NCBI GenBank assembly: GCA_964016885.1
Contig: OZ024741.1
Location: 52,018,001-52,082,000, forward strand
DNA length: 64,000 bases
Origin: Eledone cirrhosa
Lineage: Eukaryota
Direction: 5' to 3'
Positions 26,149-40,325 of this stretch are shown here, piece after piece. The position numbers and the translations under genes were made by a program. Numbering within the stretch: position 1 is the stretch's first letter; each line of letters starts with the position of its first letter. Under the pieces are notes generated by a model that was not told the DNA's origin, did no database searches, and saw nothing but the letters and a program-made list of their open reading frames with translations.

Positions 26149-27248
26149 ATAGCAAAAGAAAAGCAGGAGAACTGGTCCGGATCTGGGATGGTGCTGCTGA
26201 TCCAAGCGGACCAAAAAAGCATTGAGGAGATCCCAGAGGTAATAGACCTCACTGACGGCAGCCACATCACCGTAATCTTCGAGGGTAGAAGGCCTAGGTG
26301 TGTCGTTTGTGGTGAAGAAACCCACCTAAGGGATTTCTGCCCTCAGGCTAAAAAGTTGAGGCCACCTCTCTTACCCACCCCAGTGACTCAACCATCAACA
26401 CCACCTGCAGCAGAAATGGCAGCAACAACAGAAGCAACTGTAGCAGCAACAACCCCAGCAACAGTAGCAAAACCAACACCACCACCACCACCCAACGCTC
26501 CAGAACTAGCACCAGCGCCTATACCATCCACCACGCCACAACCAAAACCAACGCCTGTGGAGGATTTTTCACGCCCCGACCTATCGCTACTGGAGACAGA
26601 TTGTGACGACGAGGAGTGGGAAACGGTTTCAGGAAAAAAGAAAAAAAGAAAAAGCCAAAAAAGAAAAAAATTCTCTTCCTTCCCCCTCCAAAAACAAAAT
26701 ACAGAGGGAAACAAATAAACTATCAAAGAAAAAAGTTAGGACAGCTATGCCACCATCCACACCAGCATCACCAACCCCATCACCACAATCACCAACACCA
26801 TCACCATCACCATCATTAACCCCAACACCACCATCACCAACACCACAAACTTCACCAAAAAGCGAAACAGAAACAAACCCACAACAAACGCAAACAAAAC
26901 AAAACAACCAAAACGATACACACTACACAGCATTAAATTTGAACAACAACCAATTATTACACTACATCCAACACAACACCAGCATCACAGAATAAGACTA
27001 CACAACACCACAAAAGTTCACACCACCCCCACACATACAAATCACTCGCATCACACAAAAAACGTACACGACACTAAAACAAAAATTCCCCAAAGACATC
27101 GGAGACTTCCGACAAGCACTCTCCAGGAGGATTTATAAGGACATCCTTCCGGAGGAGGCCACTAGCAGTGAAAAGGATGGAGAAACCATCCTTCCTCTAC
27201 GAGAAGTAAGGTAAGTGGTCTTTCCCATCTTTTCCACTCCATTTCAAC

Positions 27249-30200
27249 ATGAGCTCACTCAGAATAGGCAGCATAAATGCGCGTGGCTTGGGGTCGTCAT
27301 GGAAGCAGGGCCTCCTGCTCAACGACCTCAGGTCACTAACAATGTAGTGGCCATCAGAGAGACCAGAATCTCCGAAGCACGGGCCTTCGCACCGATCTTC
27401 GGCGGCTACGATGTGTACGCATCTCCCAGCCGTCCGGAATCGGGGGGAGGGGGAGTTGCTGTGCTTTTTCGGAGAGGTTTGGATCTCGTCATACGGGCCA
27501 TCTTCCTGGACCCCGAAGGTAAGTTGGTGGTGCTGGACGTGACCAGCTGAGACGGGAAAGCTTTCAGTCTAGTGGCGTTTATGCCCCCACAGGAGCAGGG
27601 CGGCCTCATTTCTTCCGGCGTCTGGAGACCTTTCTTGGAACGTCCCACTATTTAGTGTTAGTCGGCGACTGGAACGGGATCTTAGATGCACGCTGGGACT
27701 GTGTGGGATTAGCGGATAGGGGAGGAGGGTGCAAGAGCCTCACCAACCTGCTCAGGCGTTTTGAACTGTCTGACAGGTACCGATTGGATTTCCCGAATGT
27801 GCCAATGTGGACTTGGATAAACCGCATAGGGTCATCCAGATCATATCTAGATAGAGTATTTTGTAGGGAAATAGATAGGTCTAGCATAGGCTGTCCACAA
27901 TTCAAGATAGTCAGCTCCACGGACCACAAATTCGTGATCTGTGTGCTTGACTTAGATAGGCTTCATAGACGAGGACCCGGCTACTGGAAGCTAAACGCGT
28001 CCGTACCAGCGCGCAAGGCCCACAGAGACCGGATTAGCGAACTAGTTAAGCGGGCGTTGACGGGGGCCATCGTTATCAATAAGTGGTGGTTTGCTCTGAA
28101 AAGAGCGATTAGAATAGAGTCCATTAGGTTTAGTAAGGATTTAGCAATAGCGAAAAATAGAGCATAGGGAGAACTATTTGAAAAATTAGACGAGGCGCTT
28201 AGCAAAGGCATCGCGACCGACGTACTTGCGGCGAAATTGGCCCTTGACCAATTCTTCAATGCAAAGCACGAAGGCTGCGTTGTCAGAGCTAGGGTGTGTG
28301 CTCTCAGACACGAGGGGACGAAAACCGTTCAATGGGCCTGAGTGGCGGAGGCGCGTCGTGGCAACAAAGCCACGATCCGGTTTTTGGTGGACCACGACGG
28401 GCGCATGCTGCTCGATCCCGGGAAAATGTGTGAAGCTTTTCGCTCAGCTGTTCGGAGGCAGCGGTGGACCGGGTCGAGGGATGGACTTTAGTGTCTACCT
28501 CGACGGACTGTCGCGACTCTCGGCCACTGAGGCGGAGTGTTGCGAAAAGCCGATAACAGCCGCTGAAGTACGGGTGGGAATGACTGGCTGCACAAGGGGT
28601 AAATCGTCTGGTTCGGATGGTCTGCCCTATGAACTTTACGTACAGATGCCAGACTTGTTCGGAGGCCTCTTGGCGGACGTCTACTGCAACTGATAACAGA
28701 AAGGGAGAATTCCCAGCTCTGTGAGCCGAGGAGCAGTGGCGCTGCTGAGAAAGGATCCGAACAAGGGGGATAACATAGATAATTTCCTGGCCCATAACTG
28801 CTAAACACAGTTCAATATTTTGGCCAAGGTGCTAGCAAAGAGGTTGGCGCTTGTCGTTGGTGGTCTAGTGGGAGAGGCGCAGACATGCGCTAATCCCGAC
28901 AGATCCATCCACGACAACCTCCACCTCATGCGATACATCGTAGAGAGGGTAGCTAGGGAACCTGGGACTAGTGGGTCCTTGATCAATTTAGATCAGTCGA
29001 AAGCTTTCGATAGGCTCGACCATCGTTACCTAGCGGCAGTCCTGAAGGCGGCTGGGTTTGGGCCCGTCTTCAGAGGCTGGATCGCTGCCATGCACAGCGA
29101 CATCTGCTCTGTGGTGAGAGTGAACGGTCACCTTTCAGAACCGTTCAACATCATGCGCTCGGTCCGCCAAGGACGTCCCCTCTCATCCCTCTTGTACGTA
29201 TTGACTCTCGAGCCCTCACTGCACAAACTGGAGGCGTTGAGGGGCGTCCCGCGTGAACTAGGATGCGGAAGATCCGTGTCAGCATATGCGGACGTTGTCA
29301 CCGTAATGATGTCGAACGCCAAACACATCGAGACGATCGGCACTACACTAAGAGAATACGAAGCGGTGACAGGAGCAATGATCAACCAGGAAAAGTCAGT
29401 GGGCCTGCAGCTCGGCACCTGGAGAGGCAGGTCCATGCCGTCCAACAGCGTCGTCGGGCGCTGGACGGACGGACCGATTAAATTCCTAGGGGTCTGGTTC
29501 GGTCCGGACCTCCAGACGGACAAAAACTGGGACGAGGTGACGAGCAGGGTGGCTTCTCTCACCCAGAAATGGGCGGAGAGGAAGCTATCCCTGAAAGGTC
29601 GAGCGTCGTACCTTGTCCTAAGCCCCGCGTGACTGCGCTGGAGCGTTTGCTCTTTCGCTTTTTGTGGAAGGGACGCGCTCCGATGGTCAGGCGGTCCATC
29701 TGTTGTCAACACCCGCTACGTAGAGGCTGGGCATGCCATGGCTGATGATGTGCAGACACGCGCTCAGGCTACGACATCTCCACCTCTTCCTCGACGGTGA
29801 TCAGGTGTTGTCGCCGTTTGCTAGACGCGTCTTTCCCCAGCTCGTTTCCTTGACGGAGCTGCAGTCCTGGGTCAAGCGAAGACCGAGAGGGAGCGCTTGG
29901 AGACTGGAATGTCTTCAGGCGCTCACAGCCCTCGACCAATCGGGCAATGTGATCGGGGGAAACTCTAACTTGGCGTTCTATAGGGGATTAGTGGAGGGGA
30001 AGAGCGACGACGTACTTGGAGAAACTCTAGGCGTCGACGAAAATCAACTAGCCAATCTCTTCGGAAGGACTTTCGGGCCGGGGCCTATGGACAACTTCCA
30101 GAAATCCTTGGCCTGGCAGTGCTACCGGGGAGCTTTGTCAGTTCGGGATAAACTCTACAGGCATGGTGGTGCCGTCAGCCGGGCATGTCCGAGATGCGCA

Positions 30201-30603
30201 CAGGGCGACGAAACCGTCCTGCACGCATCTCGTCCAGTGTCCAAGCATTGCTGACTTGTGGGTTTATGTCGAACACCTGCTGTCACGTGTAGGACGGATC
30301 CAGCTATCAGCTGAGTCCATCGTGAGGATTGCCCCGCCCTCTTCCTTTAGCCGGGAAGGGCAGGCAGTTTTTATCTGTCTGGTGGCCATGGTGAAAGAGA
30401 TAGTATGGTGGACACGTTTGAAAGGGCTGAAGACGAGCACTTACTTCTTCGGTGATGTCCTGATTAACTTTTTCAAATTTCATTTGAAAAGGAAAATCAG
30501 GGTAGAGAGGGAAGTGCTCTCTTCCCAGCATTTTGTTGAAAGATGGGTGAGAGAAGCAAGTATGGTCCGAATGAATGGGCCTTCTCTGAGTATGTGTCTG
30601 TAA
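27249..30603 (+). pseudogene. LINE ORF2 (AP endonuclease, reverse transcriptase, zinc-binding tail), frameshifted
   Basis: MSSLRIGSINARGL, AIRET, LVGDWN, SYLDRV, STDH, GYWKLN, GSDGLPYELY, LDQSKAFDRLDH, VRQGRPLS, AYADV, KFLGV, CPRC..ETVLH..QCP. Confidence 0.92.
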
Positions 30604-30846
30604 ATTAAAGGTGGAAAACTGGGAGAGGGCACTTGCCCTGGCGGTCAGGGTCACTGTGGTCTTTTAATGGGCTTTCTCCACAAATGTCCCTCGGAAGTCT
30701 CCCCCCTATTGGGGAATTTTTCTTTGTTATTTTATTACATCCTCTGTTTTTTTTACACGCAGAAATGCCCATTTGTACCGTCCTGTATTGTCCTGTACTG
30801 TCCTTAATGTCCACTTTATGTAAACCCTTGTGGTTAATAAAGAAAA

Positions 30847-30847
<1 letters not shown>

Positions 30848-30902
<55 letters not shown>
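30848..30902. repeat. (ATT)n tract at the LINE 3' end
   Basis: Direct sequence. Confidence 0.95.
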
Positions 30903-30907
<5 letters not shown>

Positions 30908-30909
<2 letters not shown>

Positions 30910-31140
30910 GATGGACTCTCCCGTCGATATCCGACGTTTGAGTGTCCAACAAAAGTTAAATGTGAGAAAGTGAACTGATGTTGAACTACCCACACAAACT
31001 TTTGTCTTAAGTGGTGAAGGCTTGTGTAGAACCAACCTCACTTTTTGGAACTGTCGACACATATCTTCGGTGCAAATGTTTGCCACGGAAAATACAACGA
31101 CAGCCCTCAGCTTTTTATGCCTCGGAGTTTAACCTCTCCG
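30908..31140 (-). mobile_element. RTE-like LINE extreme 3' fragment
   Basis: 30908-30958 is the reverse complement of the RTE terminus at 12805-12852 (TTGTTGGACACTCA..TCGGATATCGA.GGGAGAGTCCATC). Upstream limit approximate. Confidence 0.65.
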
Positions 31141-31387
31141 TATGTACAAAAAAAAACACACACACACAAAAACACTATTTCGATGGCCGTTGACTCTGCT
31201 GAGTTCCTCCGCCCTTTGCCGGGTCTTGTATTTCATCCCGCAGGATGTCCAAATATCACCCTCCTCAACAAGCAAGCTTGGTTGAGGTTGCCAGTTTAGT
31301 CGCCGACGACCCGACCATAAGACAGGTTGTACTGGGTTACATGTTACCAGTAGCACTCGAGAGCGACCCGACATAATATATATATAT

Positions 31388-31476
<89 letters not shown>

Positions 31477-31477
<1 letters not shown>

Positions 31478-31561
31478 GTCCGACGAGCCATTGATTACAG
31501 AGTCAGACTAGATCGATACAGATCGAACCTTGAGCTGATCCATAGCGAAACGCGCGTCACT
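31477..31561 (+). ncRNA. Type I hammerhead motif with long stem II (CCGACGA core, U4C)
   Basis: GGT-CCGACGA-GCCATTGATTACAG..CTGATCCATAGC-GAAA-CGCGCG (palindrome)-TC-ACT, then AATAAA. Starts just after (TA)n. Confidence 0.65.
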
Positions 31562-31918
31562 AACCAATAAACGTCACCTCTATATACTTGTGGAGACTAC
31601 CCAGACAGTCTATAACATTATTTGTTCCAATCTAGAAACTATCAGTCTGAAAGAGAGGACAGCTTGAAGCTGATCATTAAAAAAAATACAATATATTATC
31701 AAAGATGTACCACCTATAATCAAGGCTTTTCAATACATGGAGGCTACGAAAAGATTTAACAACAGAAACTTTTAACCGCTTTAGAGTTGTCCTTGCTTTT
31801 TTCTTTTCTTTAAAAAATTTATTTATGCTTCTTTTACCTGCTGTAGGCCCACTTCTTTTAATCACTGTGTCTATCTTGTTTTTATCTGTAAAGGTTACTA
31901 GATATCTCCCATAGGCTG

Positions 31919-31982
<64 letters not shown>

Positions 31983-32054
31983 TTTAAGTTGACCCTAGTA
32001 TGCTTAATTGTTCTATTTGTGTTTGTTTTGTTTTACATGAGATTGAGTGACGTC

Positions 32055-33435
32055 ACATATCAGTAAGGTCATGGAACGAATCATCAGAAAGAAACTGATC
32101 ACGTACCTCGAAAAAGATGACCGCCTAACTAGCACGCAGCATGGCTTTTCGCCCAGGAGGAAGCTGCCTCACACAGCTGGTACAACACTATGACTGCGTA
32201 CTAAAACAACTTCTGGACAGTTCACATGTGGACGTGATATATCTTTAGTTTGCGAAGGCCATTGACATGGTCGACCACAGAATGATGTGTCAGAAACTAC
32301 GCATAACTGGAAAAGTAGTTGAGTGGCTGCATGACAGAAGCCAGACAGTTGCAGCCAATGAACCCTCTCAAAGGAAACATCAATAACAAATAGGGTGCCC
32401 CAGGGCACACTCTTGGGACCACTACTGTTTTTGGTGGCCCTCTCAGACATGCCCTCCGTAGCACATACAACTTCCCTCACTAGCTATGCTGATGACATAA
32501 AGGTAGCACAGGCAATCAAAAACCCGGCTGATGCTGCCCCTTTACAACAAGTTCTGGATGCCATATACAAATGGGCTGAGAACAACAACATGCAGTTAAA
32601 TGCTGGAAAATTTCAAGCTCTACAACACCAAGCTGCTAACACAAAGACAGTACAACACAGCAACACCGGACCAGGAGGGATCGAAATCCGCGTGTTGAAA
32701 TAGACACGAGACCTGGGGATAGATATGAGCGACGATGCATCTTTTCTTCACACATCATGAGGGTGGTGACAGTGTGCAGATGACTCGCTGGCTGGATCTT
32801 GAGGACTTTCCGGACAAGAGACTGAGAGACTGTGTTGATACTATTGAGGACATTTGTCCGAAGCCGTCTGGACTACTGCTCCCAGCTGTGGTCACCTCAT
32901 AGTATCAAACTAGCCACGGAGCTTGAGGCAATCAACGAGGCTACATGATTGCCACGATGAAGGAGATGAGCTACTGGGAGAGGCTAAAAGAAATGAAACT
33001 CAACTCTTTGGAATGAAGGTGGGAGAGATACACAGTGATATACGTATGGAAGGTCCTGGAGAGACTAGCACCAAACTTTGGCATTGAGAGCTTGACCTTC
33101 CTCGTTACTGTGTAGTGCCAAAGGTCTCGTTTTTCACATCTAGAATAAGGAGCAGATATTTCAATAGCCTGGGGTTCAAAGGCCCTCAACTCTTCAACAA
33201 GCTGCCTAGGAATTTGAGAGATCTGAATGGTGTGGACGTGGATATTTTCAAGAAACATCTTGACACCTTGCTATCCAGGATACCGGATGAGCCCACAGTA
33301 CGGTATGAAGTTAACCTAAGGGCAGCAGCAACGAACTCCATCTTACACCAATGGCCAGCCAACACAGGCTGGAGATAGTCTGTGTAGCAACAAGGGCGGT
33401 GCCCCAGCATGGCTGGAACAGGTATAAAAGTAAAA

Positions 33436-33440
<5 letters not shown>
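32055..33440 (+). mobile_element. 5'-truncated CR1/L2-like LINE (RT), decayed
   Basis: SKVMERII, QHGF, DVIYL*FAKA.DMVDH, VPQGTLLGPLLFL, SYADDIKV, W..NNMQLNAGK, RDLGI, GPQLFNKLP, FKKHLD..L..IPDEP. Confidence 0.88.
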
Positions 33441-33503
<63 letters not shown>

Positions 33504-33510
<7 letters not shown>

Positions 33511-35409
33511 GAGCGCAGTAATTACCATCAACTACTACATAATGCTGTAACTAAGGATTACCGTAAAACTAATCGGTGCGTCATCAATGAAATCAACGAT
33601 GCTGGGTTTAAAATCACATCTGATCTCAACATCCTGGACCGGACCGAACCTCTGGACCCTATTTCTCCCCACTTTACCCTGAAGGATCGCAAATCCAATT
33701 TTCCGAACAACCCCTCTATTCGGCTTAATAACCCTACGAAGTCCGATTTAGGTAGACTTAGTAAAATGATTCTTGATAGAATTATACCTGAAATTAGAAG
33801 TTTGGCCCCTCTTGCACTGTGGAACAATTCTTTCGCGGTGATTGATTGGTTCAACGGCATATGTAACAAGGAACTTTGCCGTTTTATCCAATTCGACATC
33901 AACAATTACTACTCCTCCATCACTTTACCACTTCTCCTTAAAGCTATCAATTTCGCTAAAACACTCACAGTGGTTAAGGATTTTGAAGTTGATGTCATCC
34001 TCAATGCCCGTAAGTCGGTGATTAATTTCGACGACTCTATTTGGATAAACAAATCCAATAGTACCCCATTCGACGTGAGTATGGGCGCCTGCGATTCTGC
34101 GTAGGTTACTGACCTTATCGGCCTTTTCCTTCTTTTCTCTATCAAGGACGAATTCCCCAACGCGGGCGGTGGTTTGTACCGTGATGATGGTCTTTTGACC
34201 ATGAATAAGTGCGGACCTCGTGCTTGCGACAGGTTCAGAAAAGAACTCACAGCCTTCTTTAAAGGCTTCAACCTCTCTATACAGGTTGAGGCCAATCTCT
34301 CGGTCGTTAATTACCTCGACGTTACTCTCAATTTATCGAATGGGTTGTATTACCTGTATAGAAAGCCGAATGATACGCTTAATTACATAAGTAAGCATTC
34401 CAACCATCCTGCCAGCATAACCAAGAACCTGGTAAAAAACGTTTCGTTGAGGCTTTCCCGTCTATCTACTAACGAGCATATTTTCAACGACCATTCCACT
34501 TATTACAATGAAGCTCTTGCTCGGAGTGGATTTGTCGATAAGGTAGCATATACAGAGTACGAAAATAGACCTAGAAGAAATAGATCCCGTCGCATTTGTT
34601 GGTATAACCCACCATATAATATGGAGGTGGCCACACCATTAGCTAAGATATTTCTTTCCCTTATTACGAAGCATTTTCCCCCTACACATAAATATAGTAA
34701 CATTTTTAATAGAAATACTATTAAAATGTCTTACTCTACTACTCCTAACCTTGCACAGAACATGACAGCTTCAAATTTAGCTAAACTGCCTAGCCGTAGG
34801 AACACGTGCAACCCTGTAGTTAGTACTAACTGTAATTGTAGGAATCGGGTTGATTGCCCCCTATCCGGGAAATGCCTCTCTAGTAACATTGTCTACAAAT
34901 GTAAGGTTGAAACACCCACGTCCCATAGGGCCTACATAGGGCTAACCGCCAATAGATTCAAGCAGCGTCTTTACATGCATACCCATTCTTTTCGTTACCT
35001 TCTAAGAAGGAATATGACGTCACTTTCAGCTTATATCTGGAGTCTAAAAGACAACCACACCTAATATAAGTTACACTGGGAGATCCTAGCTAGGGCTAGA
35101 TCGTATAACGGAAATAAAAGACCATGTGACCTCTGCGCCGCTGAGGCCCTGGAAATACTCTACGCCACAGACCACATCTTAAACAAAAAATCTGAGGCAA
35201 TTTGGGCTTGTAAACATAAATTGCACAAAACTTTCCTGTATTACAGCCCCACGTTATACCCTAACGGATAGTACGATCTATACGTGGATATCTTACGTCT
35301 TGATGTGGTAGCTAAGTATATGTTTTGTTTATACCATTACTTATTTGCATAGGTAAGTATATATTACCTGTATGCGTTTCTTATTGGCAACATGACCCTC
35401 CCAAAGTAT

Positions 35410-35413
<4 letters not shown>
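33504..35413 (+). mobile_element. 5'-truncated Penelope-like retroelement (RT and GIY-YIG)
   Basis: TLKDRK.NF, IRL.NPTKSDLG, FIQFDINNYYSSI, FDVSMGACDSA, GLYRDDG, NYLDV, WYNPPY, CNCRNRVDCPLSGKC, IVYKC..AYIG..FKQR. Single frame to 35271 with two premature stops (34104, 35064). Confidence 0.95.
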
Positions 35414-35499
<86 letters not shown>

Positions 35500-35620
35500 A
35501 TAATAATAAATTTGAAGACTAAAATCCAAAGAGGGCTCGATAAGGATAAATATATATCAAATGTATAAGAACCGTAGAGCAAATATTTATTAAAATAACA
35601 GATTAAAGTTTATTAAAATA

Positions 35621-35696
35621 ACAGATTAAAGTTTAAGCAAAGAATCGCTGCTTTCACCCTTAACGGGATCTTCTGAAACTAACAAAGTCAATCTGT
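35621..35696 (-). ncRNA. Type I hammerhead variant (U4A)
   Basis: Reverse complement of 36384-36459. Confidence 0.7.
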
Positions 35697-36383
35697 AAAC
35701 GCAGAACTGGATATTTCAAAAAACGTTGCAACCGGAGGAAGACAGGAAGACGATACTTTGGTTCGTGGAAACGTTCCCTGGCAAAGAACGGGAAAAAACG
35801 AATATAATACGTCATTAATAGGAGCGGTGAAAAACAATTACGCGCAAAGACAGAACCACGTTTATGGTATAAAAGACGTCGTAGACTAATGTTCTCTTAG
35901 ATGGTTCGTAGAGACGTTCTCTGGCAATGCACGAAAAAAACGAAGATAATACGTCATATGTGGAGCGTGGAGAACAATTGCACGCAAAGACAAAACCACG
36001 TAAATGGTATAGCAGAAGTCGTAGACTAAAATTCTAACTAGGAGACCGAATGAATCTCCGCTTCAGAGTTAAGAATAAAGTAAATAAGTACAATGCAGAG
36101 GTAATCGAAATTAAATAATGTTAATATACGTCAAATATACGTACGAGAAGGTATACATAACTTCACAAAATTTCCGGGTAATATATACTTACCTATGCAA
36201 ATAATTAAAGGAATAAACAAAACATATACTGTCTTTGCGCGTAATTGGTTTTCACCGCTCCTATTAATGACGTATTATTCGTTTTTTCCCGTTCTTTGCC
36301 AGCGAACGTTTCCACGAACCAAAGTATCGTCTTCCTGTCTTCCTCCGGTTGCAACGTTTTTTGAAATATCCAGTTCTGCGTTT

Positions 36384-36459
36384 ACAGATTGACTTTGTTA
36401 GTTTCAGAAGATCCCGTTAAGGGTGAAAGCAGCGATTCTTTGCTTAAACTTTAATCTGT
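36384..36459 (+). ncRNA. Type I hammerhead variant (U4A) with bulged extended stem I
   Basis: ACAGATTGA-(CTTTGTT bulge)-AGTTT-CAGAAGA-TCCCGTTAAGGGT-GAAA-GCA..TGC-TT-AAACT-TTAATCTGT. Confidence 0.72.
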
Positions 36460-36557
36460 TATTTTAATAAATATTTGCTCTACGGTTCTTATATATTTGA
36501 TATATATTTATCCTTATCGAGCCCTCTTTGGATTTTAGTCTTCAATTTCATTATTAT

Positions 36558-36633
<76 letters not shown>

Positions 36634-36634
36634 G

Positions 36635-36728
36635 TTTCTACTTTAGGCACAAGGCCAACAATTACCCAGTGCATTACTGGTACTTTATTTTATCGACCCC
36701 GTAAGGATGAAAGGCGGGATTTGAACTC
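36635..36728 (-). mobile_element. tRNA-derived SINE fragment
   Basis: Reverse complement of the SINE at 5390-5500. Confidence 0.8.
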
Positions 36729-36736
36729 TACCGTCA

Positions 36737-36863
36737 TATATATATATACATACTACTGTACGTTTGTATACATATGTGTATGTACGTATACATACTTATA
36801 ATTAAGTTACTTAAATATAAATATGTATACGTACATACACATATGTATATAGACGTACAGTAG

Positions 36864-36880
<17 letters not shown>
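36737..36880. repeat. Imperfect palindrome
   Basis: CATACTACTGTACGT..CATATGTGTATGTACGTATACATA / TATGTATACGTACATACACATATG..ACGTACAGTAGTATG. Confidence 0.8.
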
Positions 36881-36913
<33 letters not shown>

Positions 36914-37389
36914 CATGCACACATATATATATGTACGTATGGATTCACCGAACATTTATTATAATGCTCGGTGTGTTCGTAAACAAACATCCCGAATTAA
37001 GCCGTACAGTGTCTAGCAACCATCGTTGCTCGTTTGTACAACACTGACAAAGGAACGCTGTACTAGTTTCAAGCTTATTAGCTACCGTCAGCAACGTATA
37101 CCTTCCTGCCAGATGGTTGAACGTCTGAAAGTATATACTTTCCTTATGCATATTAACGGCTGAGCAGCCTAATATGCATATCGAGTGAGTTAATCGGCCG
37201 GGGTACTGAAAACAATAAACGTAAAAAATGAAACGAAATTTCATTTCTCACTCTTAGTACGGCTGTTACTTAAACATTATCCGGTTTTATTGACCTTTAA
37301 GCTTGACCTAATGACATTTAGTTAGGGCAGGTCAATGTAAGGTAAATGAAACCAATTCATTTATGCTTAGGTTGTTTTTATTCTTTTCA

Positions 37390-38955
37390 TTATAATAATA
37401 ATAAAAATAATGGAATTATTGTGTACAGTACTCAGGTGCACTACAACTCGTCAAAGATACATGTAGAGTACATAGAATAATGTACAAATGTCAGGAAAAT
37501 GAACAGTGTATGAGTCATGATATACATGTGTGCGTGTGTATGGAGGGGGGATATCAGGTATAGTGTTGGTGAATCTCAGAAAGCATGGAGGTTTTAAAGG
37601 ATGCAGTATTTCGGCAGCTAACAACTGATGCAGGTAGTTTGTTCCATACTTCAGCAACTCTGAGCGTGAAAAAATGTTTCCGAAAGTCATGGGGGATGTG
37701 CTGTTTTCTGACTTTGTAAGCATGCCCACGTGTGTTAGTCACATGGAAATCAAAAAGGTGCTCAGGGTTGTTGTTGGCAAGATGGTTAATAATTTTATGG
37801 GTGTTTACCAAGTCAGTTGCCAGACGTCAGAGCTTCAATGTATCCATGCCCAGGGATGTAAAGCATTCAGAGTATGGTAGGTGTCTGATGGAGGGTATGC
37901 GCTTGGTTTCACGTCTCTGAACAGTTTCCAGGCGGTCAATGTTCTGAGCAAGATAGGGGTTCCAGACTGATGATGCGAATTCCAAGTGTGGTCGTACCAT
38001 AGCTGTATACAGCTTTTAATAGATGGCTGGAGAGCGGCTAACAAGGGTCTTGCTGAGTGATGCCAAGACGTGCTTTGTCCAACGCAAATCGCTGCTGACA
38101 GTAATGCCCAGGTCACGTTCACAAGAGGACTTCTTGATATCAGTGTTGTGGAGTGAGTATGTGGATGTTGGATTTTTCCTCCCCAAATGCATGGTACACT
38201 TGTCCACAGCCAGCTTCAGTTGCCAGTCTGTGATCCATTGCTGCATTGTGTCCAGGTCTGATTGTAGGAAAGAGTTGTAGATTTCAGGATCTGTTCTTTT
38301 GATTTTAAGGTACAGCTTAATGCTGTCCTAGAACCGTGACTCCCTCTTTCGGCTGAGAATGAAGGATTTCAACCAGTTAAAAAGATCATCCCTCACACCG
38401 ATTGCTGAGTGTTTCGCCATAAGTTTCGCCATTTTGTATGGCACAGAATTAAAAGCTTTAGCGAAATCAAGGTAAACAACATCCATTCATGAGTCAGTGA
38501 TCCGGGTAATGTCTTCAAGGAACTCGATAAGCTGATCACAGCAGCTGGAGTTAGGGATAAATCCAAATTGCGAGGGCCGGATAAGACTGTGAGAGTTCCA
38601 GAAGTTCCAAAGTGTTTCTCTGACACAGGATTCCATCAGTTTGGCAATACAGCTAGTAAGACTGACTGGACGATAGTTGACAGGTGACGTGCGGTCACCT
38701 TTTTGAACAAGGGAATGACACTGGCAGTTTTCCACTGCTCCGGAGTAGCACCATTGTTGAGACAGTATTGAAAGAAGAAAGAAAGCTGGTACAAAAGGAA
38801 GTACCCGCCACGTTTGAGAAGCAGGTATGTAACACCATCAAGACAAGGGAAGGCATAGTTGCGCTTACTCTTAAGGTGACGTCGCAGCATTGCAGGTGTA
38901 AATTCCATAGTTGTTATGGAATTTGATGTTAGAGATGGTGGAGATGGTACAGTAA
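37390..38955 (-). mobile_element. 5'-truncated CR1-like LINE with internal deletion
   Basis: WKTASVIPLFKKGD..NYRPVSLTS..KLME, QFGF..SCCDQL, VYLDFAKAF, ERDLGITVSSDL, TRGH.YK..RKHFFTLRV.EVWNKLP. ATT-type tail. Confidence 0.9.
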
Positions 38956-39173
38956 AAAAAAATATATATATAAGTAGAAGCTTAGTAAAATCGAAGCTTT
39001 GGCTGTGGCCAAGCAAAGTCGACCTACAATAAGGAATGAGTAGCAAAGCACTTAGAGTAATAACATACGTTTAAATAGCTTGACAAATTGAAAATTGCGG
39101 TAGGCAAAACCCAACCATACAATACCAAAACAACGAAAGAACTAATCAGGTTATTATATATATACAAACTCAT

Positions 39174-40325
<1,152 letters not shown>

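Larger units (their letters stand above)
22743..30847 (+). mobile_element. Near full-length Tx1/L1-clade LINE, inactivated and interrupted by an LTR element
   Basis: ORF1 (~23040-27214, split) has the CCHC knuckle CVVCGEETHLRDFC. ORF2 has APE, RT and a C-terminal Cys motif. 3' AATAAA then (ATT)n, 5' end abuts (TA)n. Confidence 0.92.
35497..36560. mobile_element. Non-coding PLE-derived insert with long inverted arms, each carrying a hammerhead
   Basis: 35497-35853 is the reverse complement of 36229-36560. Internal ~140-bp tandem duplication (35760-36030). (TA)n on both sides. Arm end equals 9163-9328. Confidence 0.8.
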
